A stretch of 64,000 nt of DNA from Hyphomicrobiaceae bacterium (GCA_039808585.1 JBDHTJ010000002.1:1440-65439); one strand, 5' to 3'. Shown: positions 39,173 through 49,050, counted from the first letter of the stretch. Translations and numbers: made by a program. The notes: generated by a model from the sequence alone, not told the origin.

Positions 39173-39910
39173 CTAAATCGAGTTGGTCATCAGTCTTCCC
39201 CAACCGACGCCCTTATCGTTGAGTACGAGGCCCGCAATCTTGAAGTTCTGAAGCCGCGCGGCATGCAGGCGCATTTGCAGATTGGGTTCCTGCGCACGTG
39301 CTGTCAGGCAAACGAGCAGAATTGCATCGCAAGCAGCCGACGAAACCCGCGCACCGCTGTCCGTTTCCGCAATGCTCGCAGCAAGGGGCTGCAGATCCAT
39401 AATGATATGGTCGAACGTCACTGCCTCATTGCAACTTCGTCTGAAGCTCTCCGCGTCAACACCGTCGAGATCTCCCGCGCGCAGGCATACCCGATGCATG
39501 CCTTCCGCGATGCCGACATCTGAGAGAATATTGAACGTCCGCGGCGGCTTCTGCGCAGTTGCTGGCGCCGCTACACCGAGCTCCCCTGCACTCGCATCAA
39601 TGAAAAGCACGCGTTTGCCGAGGAGTTGATAGGCTTGGGCAAGTGTGCGCACCAAGTTGGAGCACCCGGCGCCCCGTTCATCTCCCGTGATCCCTATAAT
39701 CCGCGGGTTGCCGCTACTCACGAGGAAGCCGAGGATCTTTTCGGCGCTGGCGAACCACTTATGCCCATCGGCGCCAGCTTCATTATGTGATGGTGCCACC
39801 GCCGTCCGCGCGCGTCCAACCAGCCTCCGGAAGCCGCTCTTCAAGCTTTGCCCGGAACCCTCGAGGGATCGGCTGTTACCATTCAGGTCGGATTGCATGC
39901 TCACCGCCAT
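39173..39910 (-). CDS. BY-kinase/MinD-like P-loop protein with degenerate Walker A (predicted inactive)
   Basis: ATG at 39910, directly after the upstream GT2 stop. It aligns by eye to CpsD/ExoP-C kinases. However, Walker A reads GDERGAGCS (Lys replaced by Cys; codon TGC at 39662-39664), Walker A' reads LFIDASAG and Walker B reads IIMDLQP. There is no C-terminal Tyr cluster. Confidence 0.6.
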   Translation of the reverse strand: MAVSMQSDLNGNSRSLEGSGQSLKSGFRRLVGRARTAVAPSHNEAGADGHKWFASAEKILGFLVSSGNPRIIGITGDERGAGCSNLVRTLAQAYQLLGKRVLFIDASAGELGVAAPATAQKPPRTFNILSDVGIAEGMHRVCLRAGDLDGVDAESFRRSCNEAVTFDHIIMDLQPLAASIAETDSGARVSSAACDAILLVCLTARAQEPNLQMRLHAARLQNFKIAGLVLNDKGVGWGRLMTNSI

Positions 39911-39911
39911 T

Positions 39912-41093
39912 TCAGTCACGCCCGGTCCTGATCCATTCAATTTTCCGACCCATCATAATACGAATATACAGCATGATCTTGCCTGCCGCGTAGATCGGCG
40001 CCAATAACAGATCAGCAATTGACATCGTATCCTTAATAATCATTTCTCGCGGATAGAGCAGCGAGAAAGCGAGAAGGCCAATGGCTGAGGTCGAAAACAC
40101 GAGCGGAGCAATGTAACCTGCTGCCACAGCGAGAACGAGCGAGACGGCGAAGCTGAGTACAGCCCATAGACCGAGGAACGCCAGTGGAGGAACCAGCATA
40201 TCGAGAGCCAGGACGAGCAGGTCGACATTGCGGTTTCGAATGGCCTTCAGAATGAACCGAGGCGCAATGCGCAATGAAATGTCCACGTGCCCCGTTTCCC
40301 ACCGCGTGCGCTGGGTCGCTTGCGCCTTCGGATTGGCCGGGAAGGAACTGAGGATCAGCGCGTCTGGACAGAAATACGCAGCTGCCCCCGCCTCAGCACA
40401 ATCGAGCCCATAGAGGTAGTCATCGGTAAGGTGGCCGGTATCGAAGCGAACCGTTTCGATCACCCTCCACGGAATTGCCATGCCGCATCCCACGAGAAGA
40501 GAGGGCAAGCCGAGCTTGTAAAGCCCCATGAGACGCGCATAGTTGCGCATCCGCCAAGCGATCACTGACAACCTCAGATAATCCGAATTGGCGCCCTCCG
40601 GCTCATCCAGGAGGTAGAGCGCCTGCACGGGACGCTGCTCTCCATGGGCCAGCGAAGCAATCTTCAGAATGGCGTCGGCTTTTGGCTCGCAGTCGGCATC
40701 CACAATCACCACGACGTCCGGACGCCAAGTCGCAAGATGCTGCACACCGAACGTCAATGCATAGCACTTGCCGCGCAAACTCGTGTCGTGGCGCTCGACG
40801 ACCTCGGCCCCCACCCCCCGCGCTAATTGCGCGGTCGCGTCGGTGCAGTTGTCCGCAACGACCAGAAGGCGCGCCCCCGGCGGAAGGGCGCGTTGCACCG
40901 CTTCCAAGGTCGGAACAATCACAAGTTCCTCGTTATGCGCCGGCATCAGCACCGCAATCCGGCAGTCGGGATCAAAGCGCCGTTGAGGCCCCTTGCCTTT
41001 GAGCTTCGAAGCCCAAACTTCCACGGCCAGCACGAGCGACGGCACGAACACGAGGAGCGCGAACGCAAGACAGGCGATCGTGATCAAGGTCAT
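39912..41093 (-). CDS. membrane-embedded glycosyltransferase family 2 (synthase-like GT2 with flanking TM helices)
   Basis: The start at 41093 overlaps the upstream GT4 stop (ATGA). IAVLMPAHNEELVI...LVVADNCTDAT...VVIVDADC, then QTQRTRWETGH (QxxRW-like), flanked by N- and C-terminal TM helices. Confidence 0.8.
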   Translation of the reverse strand: MTLITIACLAFALLVFVPSLVLAVEVWASKLKGKGPQRRFDPDCRIAVLMPAHNEELVIVPTLEAVQRALPPGARLLVVADNCTDATAQLARGVGAEVVERHDTSLRGKCYALTFGVQHLATWRPDVVVIVDADCEPKADAILKIASLAHGEQRPVQALYLLDEPEGANSDYLRLSVIAWRMRNYARLMGLYKLGLPSLLVGCGMAIPWRVIETVRFDTGHLTDDYLYGLDCAEAGAAAYFCPDALILSSFPANPKAQATQRTRWETGHVDISLRIAPRFILKAIRNRNVDLLVLALDMLVPPLAFLGLWAVLSFAVSLVLAVAAGYIAPLVFSTSAIGLLAFSLLYPREMIIKDTMSIADLLLAPIYAAGKIMLYIRIMMGRKIEWIRTGRD

Positions 41094-42442
41094 GCCCATT
41101 CGCCGATCCCCTCCACGCAAGGTTTGCCAGTGATGTAGGAGCCAAGCCGCAGCGCCTCCAGATCGAGCCTGTGGCGCTCGGACACGCGGGCAAAACCGTT
41201 CTCACCGAGCCGGTGCAAGTCTCTCTCGTCGCGCTCCAGACAATCTGTCATCGCCTTGCTGAGCGCTTCAATGCTACCCGCCGGGATCAACCAACCTGTC
41301 TCCCCGTCTCGCACCAGTTCCGGAATGCCCGCCACATAGGTCGTGATGACCGGCCGCCGCAACGCCATAGCCTCCATGATCACCACCGGCAGGCTCTCCG
41401 CAAAGCTCGGCAAGACTAGCGCGCGGGCACGCAACATCTCTTCGCGCACCTGCGCCTCAGTGATCCAACCCGTGATCGTGACCCTACCTCCGAGCCCGTG
41501 CCGTCGAATACTCTCTTCGAGAGCCGGCCGCATGTCTCCGTCGCCTGCCAGAACCACACGCGCTTGCGGAAATCGTGCGGCAATCCTGGCGAAGCTCTCG
41601 AGCAGCATCAACTGCCCCTTCTGCTCGCAGAGACGACCCACGCACAGGAAGGTCTGGCTACCCGCCTGCGGCGCGGCGTTTGCCTCTTCGAAGAAGCTGC
41701 GATCGAGGCCGCAATGCACGACCTTGATCTTATGCCATTGATCATGAGGCGTGCGCCGCATGAGCTGGCTGCGGCAGTAGGAGTTAACGGCTACGACGAA
41801 CTTTGCGAAAGGCAGCTTGGTATCGAAATGCAAGACAAGCGCCCTGTCGAACTCATCCGGGCCGTGCACGGTGAAGCTGAAGGGGGTTCCACTCAAAACA
41901 TGTGCGAGTAGCGCCACTTCGGAGGGATTGGTGCCGAAATGGGCGTGAAGATGCTCCACTCCTTCGGCTTTCAGCCAAAGCGCCAGCTGGCATGCTTCGA
42001 TGAGGTAAATGAAATGGAAAGGAAGGCTGCGGTCTGCATTGAAGCCGAGCTTGAACACGAGGCGCAGCGCTTCTGCGAAGCGCCCGGGCGATGCATATGC
42101 CACACGCAATGCCGCCATCACGAGTTGCCACATCCCCATCTTGAGGATGTACCGCGTCACCTGTCGTTCGCGAAAATCGGCAGGATCGACCAGCTTCTCA
42201 TCCCACCCGCGCACCGAAACGCGCATAACCGAAAAGCCCATCTGCTCGAGCGCGGTAATCTCCCGCCGGATGAAGCTGTGGCTGACTTTCGGATAGATAT
42301 TGACCAGGTATGCGATGCGCTTTGCGATGCCGGACGCAGGCACACTTTTCGATTGGCTGAGACAATCTCCAGCAGATCGCAATGCTGACGACGGCGCTCC
42401 TCCCGGAACCGACGTGTCCGGCAACCTACTCGTGCACGCCAT
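41090..42442 (-). CDS. glycosyltransferase family 4 (WcaL-like)
   Basis: IAYLVNIYPKVSHSFIRREI... N-terminal half, and the C-terminal Glycos_transf_1 motif VLPSFAESLPVVIMEAMALRRPVITTYVAGIPELVRDGETGWL. Confidence 0.85.
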   Translation of the reverse strand: MACTSRLPDTSVPGGAPSSALRSAGDCLSQSKSVPASGIAKRIAYLVNIYPKVSHSFIRREITALEQMGFSVMRVSVRGWDEKLVDPADFRERQVTRYILKMGMWQLVMAALRVAYASPGRFAEALRLVFKLGFNADRSLPFHFIYLIEACQLALWLKAEGVEHLHAHFGTNPSEVALLAHVLSGTPFSFTVHGPDEFDRALVLHFDTKLPFAKFVVAVNSYCRSQLMRRTPHDQWHKIKVVHCGLDRSFFEEANAAPQAGSQTFLCVGRLCEQKGQLMLLESFARIAARFPQARVVLAGDGDMRPALEESIRRHGLGGRVTITGWITEAQVREEMLRARALVLPSFAESLPVVIMEAMALRRPVITTYVAGIPELVRDGETGWLIPAGSIEALSKAMTDCLERDERDLHRLGENGFARVSERHRLDLEALRLGSYITGKPCVEGIGEWA

Positions 42443-42724
42443 GGAACGCCTCAGTGTGGCCGGCGTCGGCGTTGCTCCGCGTGATCATGCGGAAGCGCCT
42501 GCGGCAGCTCGAAGAACTATTCACCGTCATATACGCGAGTTTGCCTCAAATCTCACCGTCCAAATCTCCGTAACCTTTCCCATCGTTGACCATCATAAAC
42601 GTCTTGTTAATATTTGGGATACGTTCGGCGCCTGCTAGAATTCTTCGTGACGTCCCGGGCCGGCCCCGAAAAATGCGGGCGAGACCGGACGATGAGGTCC
42701 GCAAAAAGTGAAAAGGGCACCGCG

Positions 42725-44461
42725 ATGCGTCTCACACGCCGCCGCATTCTGACCGGGCTGGCCGCATCGGCTGCAGCTGGTGGGGCATTCGCATTCGGCA
42801 ATCGCGAGCGGGTCCCGGCGCTGGCCTCGAGCAATCCCGACCGCCTCCCAATCGGCATGAACCTCGCAGGCGTCAACGACTATGAGCCAAGCTACCCGTT
42901 CATCAATGCCATGTGGGGTGCGCGGCCATGGCTCACGCGGAACGCCAACGGAACAGGGCCCTGGACGACGAACTTGAACGAAATCGAGATCGACGAGAAC
43001 GGCTATCCTCTTTCCGTACCGTTTGCTGCCAGCACCGGTGCACCCCAAATCGTGTTCACGCTTCTTCCCAACACCCTCAAGGAAGGCCGATACGTGCTGA
43101 CCTACGAGGGCGAAGGTGCCTTCAAGGCTGGTGGACAGACGAAAATCCTGCGCGCGGAGTCTGGCCGGATCGAGTTGCTGATGGGAAGGCAAGGTAAGGA
43201 GCAACTGGAGGAGATCTCGATCCTGCGCAGCTCGCGCGGCAATCACGTGCGCAACATCCGCGTTGTGCCTGTTGCCAACGAGAAATCCGACCTCGATGCT
43301 CAACCCTTCCTGCCCGAGTTCTTGCAGTTCTGCCAAGGCTGGCACAGCCTGCGATTCATGGATTTCCTTGGCACGAACAATTCCATCGAACGGGCTTGGT
43401 CCCGGCGAAAGCGCACATCGTTTTACACGCAAGTAGGCACGAGCGGCGATGTGCAGGGCATCTTTGGGAGCCCACTGCAGTCAACAACTCTCCCCTGGGC
43501 CTCTGGTGTGGCTCTCGAGCTTTGTATCGACCTCGCCAACAAAACCGGCACTCCACCCTGGCTCTGTGTCCCGCACCTGGCCGACGACGACTATATCCGG
43601 CAAATGGCGGAACTCGTGAAGACCCGCCTCGACCCGGCACTCAAGATCTATATCGAATACAGCAACGAACTTTGGAACTGGCAGTTTCTGCAAGCGCAAT
43701 GGATGTTGCGGAGCGAGATCGCAGCCGAAGGCGTGGTACGCCTCGGCGGCCGCCCACCATGGAAAGGCGGAAAGGTACCCGCGCACTTCCGCGACGGCAT
43801 CGTCGCCCAAGGTGAGGGAATAGATCACCCCGAGCGCATCGCGGCCCTCTTCGTGCGCTGCTTCAAGGTATGGGATGACGTGTTTGGCAGCACTGCGAGG
43901 GCCCGCTTGGTTCGCGTTTGCGCGGCACAGGCGCATTGGCCGGAAACGGGTGACCGCATGCTTGGAATGATCATGCGCAACAGCGGCTGCGATGCTTTCG
44001 CCGTCGGCGGATACTTCGGGCCGGATGACGCCATCTACAAGCGCTGGGAGGCCGCGGGAGCAGCATTGAAAGCGGAAGACGTGATTGCCGATATGCGCAA
44101 AGCAGTAGCGCAAGAAGCAATAAATCTCCGCCGGAACGCAGACGTTGCGAAGAAGCACGGCGTCCGTCTCGTCGTCTACGAGGGCGGTCAGCACATCCAG
44201 CCTAGAGGGCAGAAGGATGTCCCCTATGCGCCGGCTCTTGGCCAGGCTCAATCACATCCAGCCATGTACGACCTCTATGCGGAGCACCTGCGCAACTCTG
44301 CGCGCCAGGGCGTCGACCTTTTCTGCGCATTCAACAGCGCCAGTCGGCAAGGAACGCGCTACGGCAGTTGGGGACATGTCGAATTCTACGGGCAGCCAGC
44401 TTCCCAGGCCCCAAAGTATCGCGCTCTACTGGATTGCAATGTTCCCGCAGCCAAGCCCTAG
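42725..44461 (+). CDS. Tat-exported putative clan GH-A glycoside hydrolase (beta-sandwich + TIM-barrel)
   Basis: ATG at 42725 gives MRLTRRRILTGLAASAAAGGAFAFG (twin-arginine signal). Later IEYSNELWN (acid/base NE-type motif) and VVYEGGQH (candidate nucleophile strand). The family is not assignable by eye. Confidence 0.6.
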   Translation: MRLTRRRILTGLAASAAAGGAFAFGNRERVPALASSNPDRLPIGMNLAGVNDYEPSYPFINAMWGARPWLTRNANGTGPWTTNLNEIEIDENGYPLSVPFAASTGAPQIVFTLLPNTLKEGRYVLTYEGEGAFKAGGQTKILRAESGRIELLMGRQGKEQLEEISILRSSRGNHVRNIRVVPVANEKSDLDAQPFLPEFLQFCQGWHSLRFMDFLGTNNSIERAWSRRKRTSFYTQVGTSGDVQGIFGSPLQSTTLPWASGVALELCIDLANKTGTPPWLCVPHLADDDYIRQMAELVKTRLDPALKIYIEYSNELWNWQFLQAQWMLRSEIAAEGVVRLGGRPPWKGGKVPAHFRDGIVAQGEGIDHPERIAALFVRCFKVWDDVFGSTARARLVRVCAAQAHWPETGDRMLGMIMRNSGCDAFAVGGYFGPDDAIYKRWEAAGAALKAEDVIADMRKAVAQEAINLRRNADVAKKHGVRLVVYEGGQHIQPRGQKDVPYAPALGQAQSHPAMYDLYAEHLRNSARQGVDLFCAFNSASRQGTRYGSWGHVEFYGQPASQAPKYRALLDCNVPAAKP

Positions 44462-45972
44462 CTGGTCCGGGGTTCGACCGCGCGCCAACGCGCGCTCGGA
44501 TGCAAACTCGCGCTGGCCGTGTCGGACTGTTCGACAGGCGATGTCCGCCTGGCAGCGCAAAAGCACAATGCACCCAAAACGATCCCAACGTGTACCGTGA
44601 TGCCAAAGTCGCTGGTGGTGGCGGCGACGACATACCAGGAGATGAGCGAGCACAGGAGAGCAATGCGCAACTTGTACATCGGATCTTTCTCCCGCCCAGC
44701 ATCCAGTTTCAAGCTGCGGAACACGCGCCAGGTTGCAACCGCAAAGGGGTAGAAAAGAAGGGCAAGTCCGATAACGCCGAAGGAAAGCGCAATTTGCAGA
44801 TAAAAGTTGGTTATATCAATGATCTGCTGACCTTGGATGAGGTGATCGAAACGGCCGCTGCGCGCGAAATCGAAGTCACCGAAGAACGGACGCTCCGCGA
44901 GGTAGCCAACAGCAGTCCGCAACAGTTCCTGGCGGTAAGAAAAATTCCCCGTGCTATCGAAATTCGTCACGTCACCCAATACGAGCCATGCGCAGCCTGC
45001 CGCGATTGCCGTATAGCTGACCATCGATAGCAAACGCCGGAAGACAGGGTTCGATGCCGTTAGCGCAATGTAGAAGGCGAGCCCAACCATGGCGCCTGCC
45101 TGGGCGCCTCGAGATCCGGTGACAAGAAGCCCCAGAAGAAATCCCGTGCGCAGTGCCCACAGCTGCAGCCACCGCAGCTTCAACCGCTCCTTTGTTGCTT
45201 CGACCAGGAGAAGGCCCGCTGCCAGATGCATGCCGAGAGAATGCACACTCGCAGTGCCCGTCACGCGTAGCAAACCTGCCCTCTCATCGACAAAGATGCT
45301 GAAGCTATAGAAATTCCATTGCTTTAGCGTGGACATGGCAGCCACACCCACCATGATCACGGACGCCATTATGAAGGCATCGACGCAAGTCTCGATGTCC
45401 GCATCAGTGCGCACGACAGTGAGGATCGCCGCGAATGGCAGGGCGTAGACAAGCAGCTGATCTACAGCGAACCTGCTGATCGCCGTAGCACTGTATTGCG
45501 GCCCGAGTATCAGGCTTCCATAGACGCAGAAGATCACCAAAACGATTACGGGTAGCGTCGATACACGCTGGTTCTTGCCGGCGGCGATCAGCGCAGGGAC
45601 CAGCAAGCACAAGGCCACCAGTTTGCCGGGCAACAATGTCAACAAGAAGTTGATGCCCGGAAATGGCACTGCCCAGCCAAACGAAAAAGGCAACATCGCC
45701 GCAATGCCGATGTAGACAGCTACTTTGCCAAGGGGGGGGCGGGGCGCCAGGGAAAGAATTACAGCCGCCGCGAAGACATAGACGACAGCCGGCTCCTGAA
45801 CGAGGAAATAGACTATGGCAGCAATCATCCAGAGCAGGCAGATGCGGATGTTGAAGGGCGTGCTTGCCAACTTCGGGACGACTATCATCGCACCGGCGAC
45901 GGACGCCAGCGCCATTGCGAGCGCGATGAGGGACGATACAAGCTGCAAAACGCGACTTCCCGGTTGCCTCAA
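44458..45972 (-). CDS. O-antigen ligase/polymerase family protein (Wzy_C domain)
   Basis: 504 aa, polytopic. LLVTGSRGAQAGAMVGLAFY, a periplasmic loop YRQELLRTAVGYLAERPFFG, and NFYLQIALSFGVIGLALL are typical Wzy/WaaL family motifs. Confidence 0.8.
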   Translation of the reverse strand: MRQPGSRVLQLVSSLIALAMALASVAGAMIVVPKLASTPFNIRICLLWMIAAIVYFLVQEPAVVYVFAAAVILSLAPRPPLGKVAVYIGIAAMLPFSFGWAVPFPGINFLLTLLPGKLVALCLLVPALIAAGKNQRVSTLPVIVLVIFCVYGSLILGPQYSATAISRFAVDQLLVYALPFAAILTVVRTDADIETCVDAFIMASVIMVGVAAMSTLKQWNFYSFSIFVDERAGLLRVTGTASVHSLGMHLAAGLLLVEATKERLKLRWLQLWALRTGFLLGLLVTGSRGAQAGAMVGLAFYIALTASNPVFRRLLSMVSYTAIAAGCAWLVLGDVTNFDSTGNFSYRQELLRTAVGYLAERPFFGDFDFARSGRFDHLIQGQQIIDITNFYLQIALSFGVIGLALLFYPFAVATWRVFRSLKLDAGREKDPMYKLRIALLCSLISWYVVAATTSDFGITVHVGIVLGALCFCAARRTSPVEQSDTASASLHPSARWRAVEPRTS

Positions 45973-46190
45973 ACCTCGCCAAGGTACAAATACTTAACCC
46001 CTTGCCGCACAGAAAGATACGTATTTAGAGCTATTGTGTTAATGACATACTGCGTCCATTACGCCTTCAAAACGAAGAGATTTACGATCTCGAACTAAAT
46101 GCACCGCAAAGTCGTCGGCTTCATGTAGAGTGGGCCGCAATTCGTGTATGCGCCGGGCCGCCGGCCGCAAAGTCGTGGGGTAGAGGACTG

Positions 46191-47369
46191 ATGCGCGCAG
46201 AGGCCCAGCAGGGAGCCGAACAGGCTATACCCTTCAATAAGCCTGACTTGACGGACTCCGAGATCGATTACGTCGTCGAGTGCCTGAAGAACGGCAAGAT
46301 CTCTGGCGACGGCCACTTCACCAAGATTTGCCACGACCTGCTTTCCGCCCACTACGGCAATCCTGTCTTGCTTGTCCATTCTTGCACGGCGGCTCTCGAG
46401 ATGTCGGCCCTCCTCGCCGACCTCAAGCCCGGCGACGAAGTAATCATGCCGTCGTTCACATTCGTATCGACCGCGAACGCCGTGGTTCTTCGGGGCGCAG
46501 TGCCGGTCTTCGTGGACATTCGTCCTGATACGCTCAACATCGACGAGACCCTCATCGAGCAGGCGATCACCGACAAGACCCGAGCAATCATGCCCGTCCA
46601 TTATGCGGGTGTTGGCGCTGCCATGCCCGAGATAATGGCTATAGCGCAGCGGCATGGCTTGGTGGTCATTGAAGACGCAGCACAAGGATATGCGGCCAGT
46701 TACGCAGGCAAGCCGCTCGGCACCTTTGGCGCGCTCGGATGTCTCAGCTTTCACGAGACCAAGAACATTGTTTCCGGCGAAGGTGGCGCCCTCATCATAA
46801 ATGATCCGGCACTTAACGATCGCGCGCAATTCATTCGCGAGAAAGGTACCAACCGCACCCAGTTCACGCGGCGGTATGTCACCAAGTACGAGTGGGTCGA
46901 TATCGGTTCGTCGTATCTCCCGAGTGACCTCATCGCCGCGCTACTCCTGGGCCAGTTGCAGCGCGCACCTGCAATCACCCAGCGCCGCCTGGAGATCTGG
47001 CAGCAGTATTTCGCGGGCCTCCAACGGCTGAGGGGACTTGGGATCACACTGCCGACTATTCCCGCCGAAGCGCAGCACAATGGCCACATCTTCTATCTGC
47101 TGTTCCCCAGGCCGGAGCAACAGAAGGCGATGCTGGCAAGACTGGCCACCGACCAGATCTCCGCGACGTCGCACTACGTGCCGCTGCACAACAGTCTGGC
47201 CGGCGTGAAGTTGTCACGCGCTGTGGGCTCCATGGCAGTGACGGAGCGCGCGGGAAGCACGATGGTGCGGCTCCCTATCCATGGCGGCATGACTGATGGC
47301 CAGGTCGAGCGCGTCATCGAGCGCGTCTTGCATCATGCACATGACGAGATGCGCGCGAACACGGTCTAG
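46191..47369 (+). CDS. wecE: dTDP-4-amino-4,6-dideoxygalactose transaminase (WecE/RffA-like, DegT family)
   Basis: IPFNKPDLTDSEIDYVVECLKNGKISGDG...HSCTAALEM...PSFTFVSTANA...SFHETKNIVSGEGGALI...KYEWVDIGSSYLPSD: the WecE-type signature, including the FHETKN lysine. Confidence 0.88.
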   Translation: MRAEAQQGAEQAIPFNKPDLTDSEIDYVVECLKNGKISGDGHFTKICHDLLSAHYGNPVLLVHSCTAALEMSALLADLKPGDEVIMPSFTFVSTANAVVLRGAVPVFVDIRPDTLNIDETLIEQAITDKTRAIMPVHYAGVGAAMPEIMAIAQRHGLVVIEDAAQGYAASYAGKPLGTFGALGCLSFHETKNIVSGEGGALIINDPALNDRAQFIREKGTNRTQFTRRYVTKYEWVDIGSSYLPSDLIAALLLGQLQRAPAITQRRLEIWQQYFAGLQRLRGLGITLPTIPAEAQHNGHIFYLLFPRPEQQKAMLARLATDQISATSHYVPLHNSLAGVKLSRAVGSMAVTERAGSTMVRLPIHGGMTDGQVERVIERVLHHAHDEMRANTV

Positions 47370-47429
47370 GACCCCACTTCCCAATCGCGACAAGACAATG
47401 CGCGGCGCCAATCAGCGGAACCCCAGAGA

Positions 47430-48359
47430 ATGGCCTCTCTCGTAACGACCGTCGTCGTCACCTATAATTCGAGCACCGTGATTGGCCAATGCCTAGATGG
47501 CTGTGAAGCCGCATATGCAGCGGGCTTGCATGAAGTCGTCGTTGTCGACAACGCCAGCCGTGATGGAACACCGGAACTCGTCCGTTCCAAATATCCTTGG
47601 GTGAAAGTCATAGAGTCCGGCGCGAACATGGGCTTCGGCCGCGGATGCAATCTTGGACTGCGGGATGCGCAGACGAGGTACGGTCTCTTGCTCAACCCTG
47701 ACGCCTCGCTGCCCGAAGATGCGCTGCGGCGCCTTGTGGAATTCCTGGAAGCCCATCCACGCGCGGCAGCCGCAGCACCCGCAACCTGGGTCTATGGCGA
47801 CTCCGCCCTGCAAACAGCCGGCGGACTTCCCACACCGGCCGGCATCATCAAGATCGCTGCAGGTCTCGCCGACAGGCAGAGGGGTGTCCGCGAAATCCGC
47901 CCAGGTGACGCCCCCCTGAAAACCGAATGGCTTGGAGGTGGTATCATGCTGTTGCGCATGGACTACTTCCGAGCCCTCGGCGGTTTCGATCCAAACTTCT
48001 TCCTCTACTTCGAAGAAACAGACCTCTGCCGCAGGGCAGTCGATGCAGGCTACGAGCTATGGGCTGTCGGCGACGCCGTGGCGCGCCACATCGGAGGCAC
48101 GGCTGCGAAAGCATCGGGAGCCCCACTTGTCTACGGTGCAAGCCTGGCTGACCCCTATTTCCGCAGTCGCTTTTATTATCTCGCCAAGCACCACGGAAAA
48201 ATACAAGCCGTGCTGACAGAGGTAGCGGAGTTCCTGATCCTTGGCGGCAAGGCAATTGCGAAGAAGATCCTCGGGCGTGAGCCACACCGGGCCTTCACCG
48301 AGCGCATGGGCGGCCCGTTCATGCGCATGCCTGTGTTCCCCGACCAGAAGAGTCGCTGA
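47430..48359 (+). CDS. glycosyltransferase family 2 (rhamnosyltransferase-like)
   Basis: VVVTYNSSTVIGQCL...VVVVDNASRDGT...NMGFGRGCNLG...LLLNPDA...FFLYFEETDLCRR. Confidence 0.85.
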   Translation: MASLVTTVVVTYNSSTVIGQCLDGCEAAYAAGLHEVVVVDNASRDGTPELVRSKYPWVKVIESGANMGFGRGCNLGLRDAQTRYGLLLNPDASLPEDALRRLVEFLEAHPRAAAAAPATWVYGDSALQTAGGLPTPAGIIKIAAGLADRQRGVREIRPGDAPLKTEWLGGGIMLLRMDYFRALGGFDPNFFLYFEETDLCRRAVDAGYELWAVGDAVARHIGGTAAKASGAPLVYGASLADPYFRSRFYYLAKHHGKIQAVLTEVAEFLILGGKAIAKKILGREPHRAFTERMGGPFMRMPVFPDQKSR

Positions 48360-48415
48360 TCGGTCTCCTTGTATCGTTGCGCAACCTACACATGCAGTGC
48401 GCTCAAGGCGCCGCG

Positions 48416-49050
48416 CTAGCAGCGTTTGCCTCTCAGCATGGACGCCAGAAAGCGAATTGCTTTTCGCGCAACGACGAGCTTCCCCTTGGCATTCAGATGG
48501 CCCCCGTCGCTCGTATACCCCGGGTGAAGAACCTGGAATTCTTCACCACGAAGCATCGCTGTCTCGAACCGTCCATCGGGCCGCAACGCCTCAGCCGCCG
48601 CCAAGTCGAAGATGGCCTCTGCGGGAAACGTCCGACGCAGCAGCTGAGTGTAGGCTGCGCGCTTGGCATTCGCCTCATCCTCCCACACCGCTCTCCCGAT
48701 AAGTCTGAAAATCCGCCACGTAGGCGCGCGCGGATACGCAGTCAGTGGAACCGTGACATGCGCGATGCGCAGCGCCGGATTCAGAGACTTCAAGCCTTCG
48801 AAGATCGAGCCTCGACCTAGCCTCCTGCTGGACGGCCTTCACGATATCATCGGATCTTGGCCCCAGGCGCACCATTGGCACCGCCTCGGAACCGGATAAT
48901 CACACCGTTGAAAGACGACCGCTCGGCTGGGAACTCCGCCCTAGTAATAGCGCCCACCCGGCCATATGCCTTCTCGAGTTGCTGGATGCCGTCAAGAATA
49001 TCATCCCCAACCGAGTGATGCAGGAACAGAATGCGCGCGCGGCTGATCAC
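48416..49050 (-). pseudogene. frameshifted SGNH/GDSL-like hydrolase (or esterase) gene
   Basis: Three consecutive minus ORFs in three frames: 49050..48847 ILFLHHSVGDDILDG..., 48881..48675 ...RSDDIVKAVQQEA..., and 48793..48416 ...LNPALRIAHVTVPLT...GYTSDGGHLNAKGK. They read as one protein if two frameshifts are bridged. The N-terminal HHSVG and C-terminal DGGHLN blocks resemble SGNH blocks I and V. Confidence 0.45.

Noticed and set aside
44458-45972. Possibility that the 504-aa polytopic protein is the exosortase (XrtE) matching the VPEID-like mini-protein
   Set aside because: Its motifs (TGSRGAQ, YRQELL...PFFG, NFYLQIALSFG) are those of the O-antigen ligase/Wzy_C family. I do not see the conserved exosortase Cys/Arg/His pattern or a CAAX-protease half.
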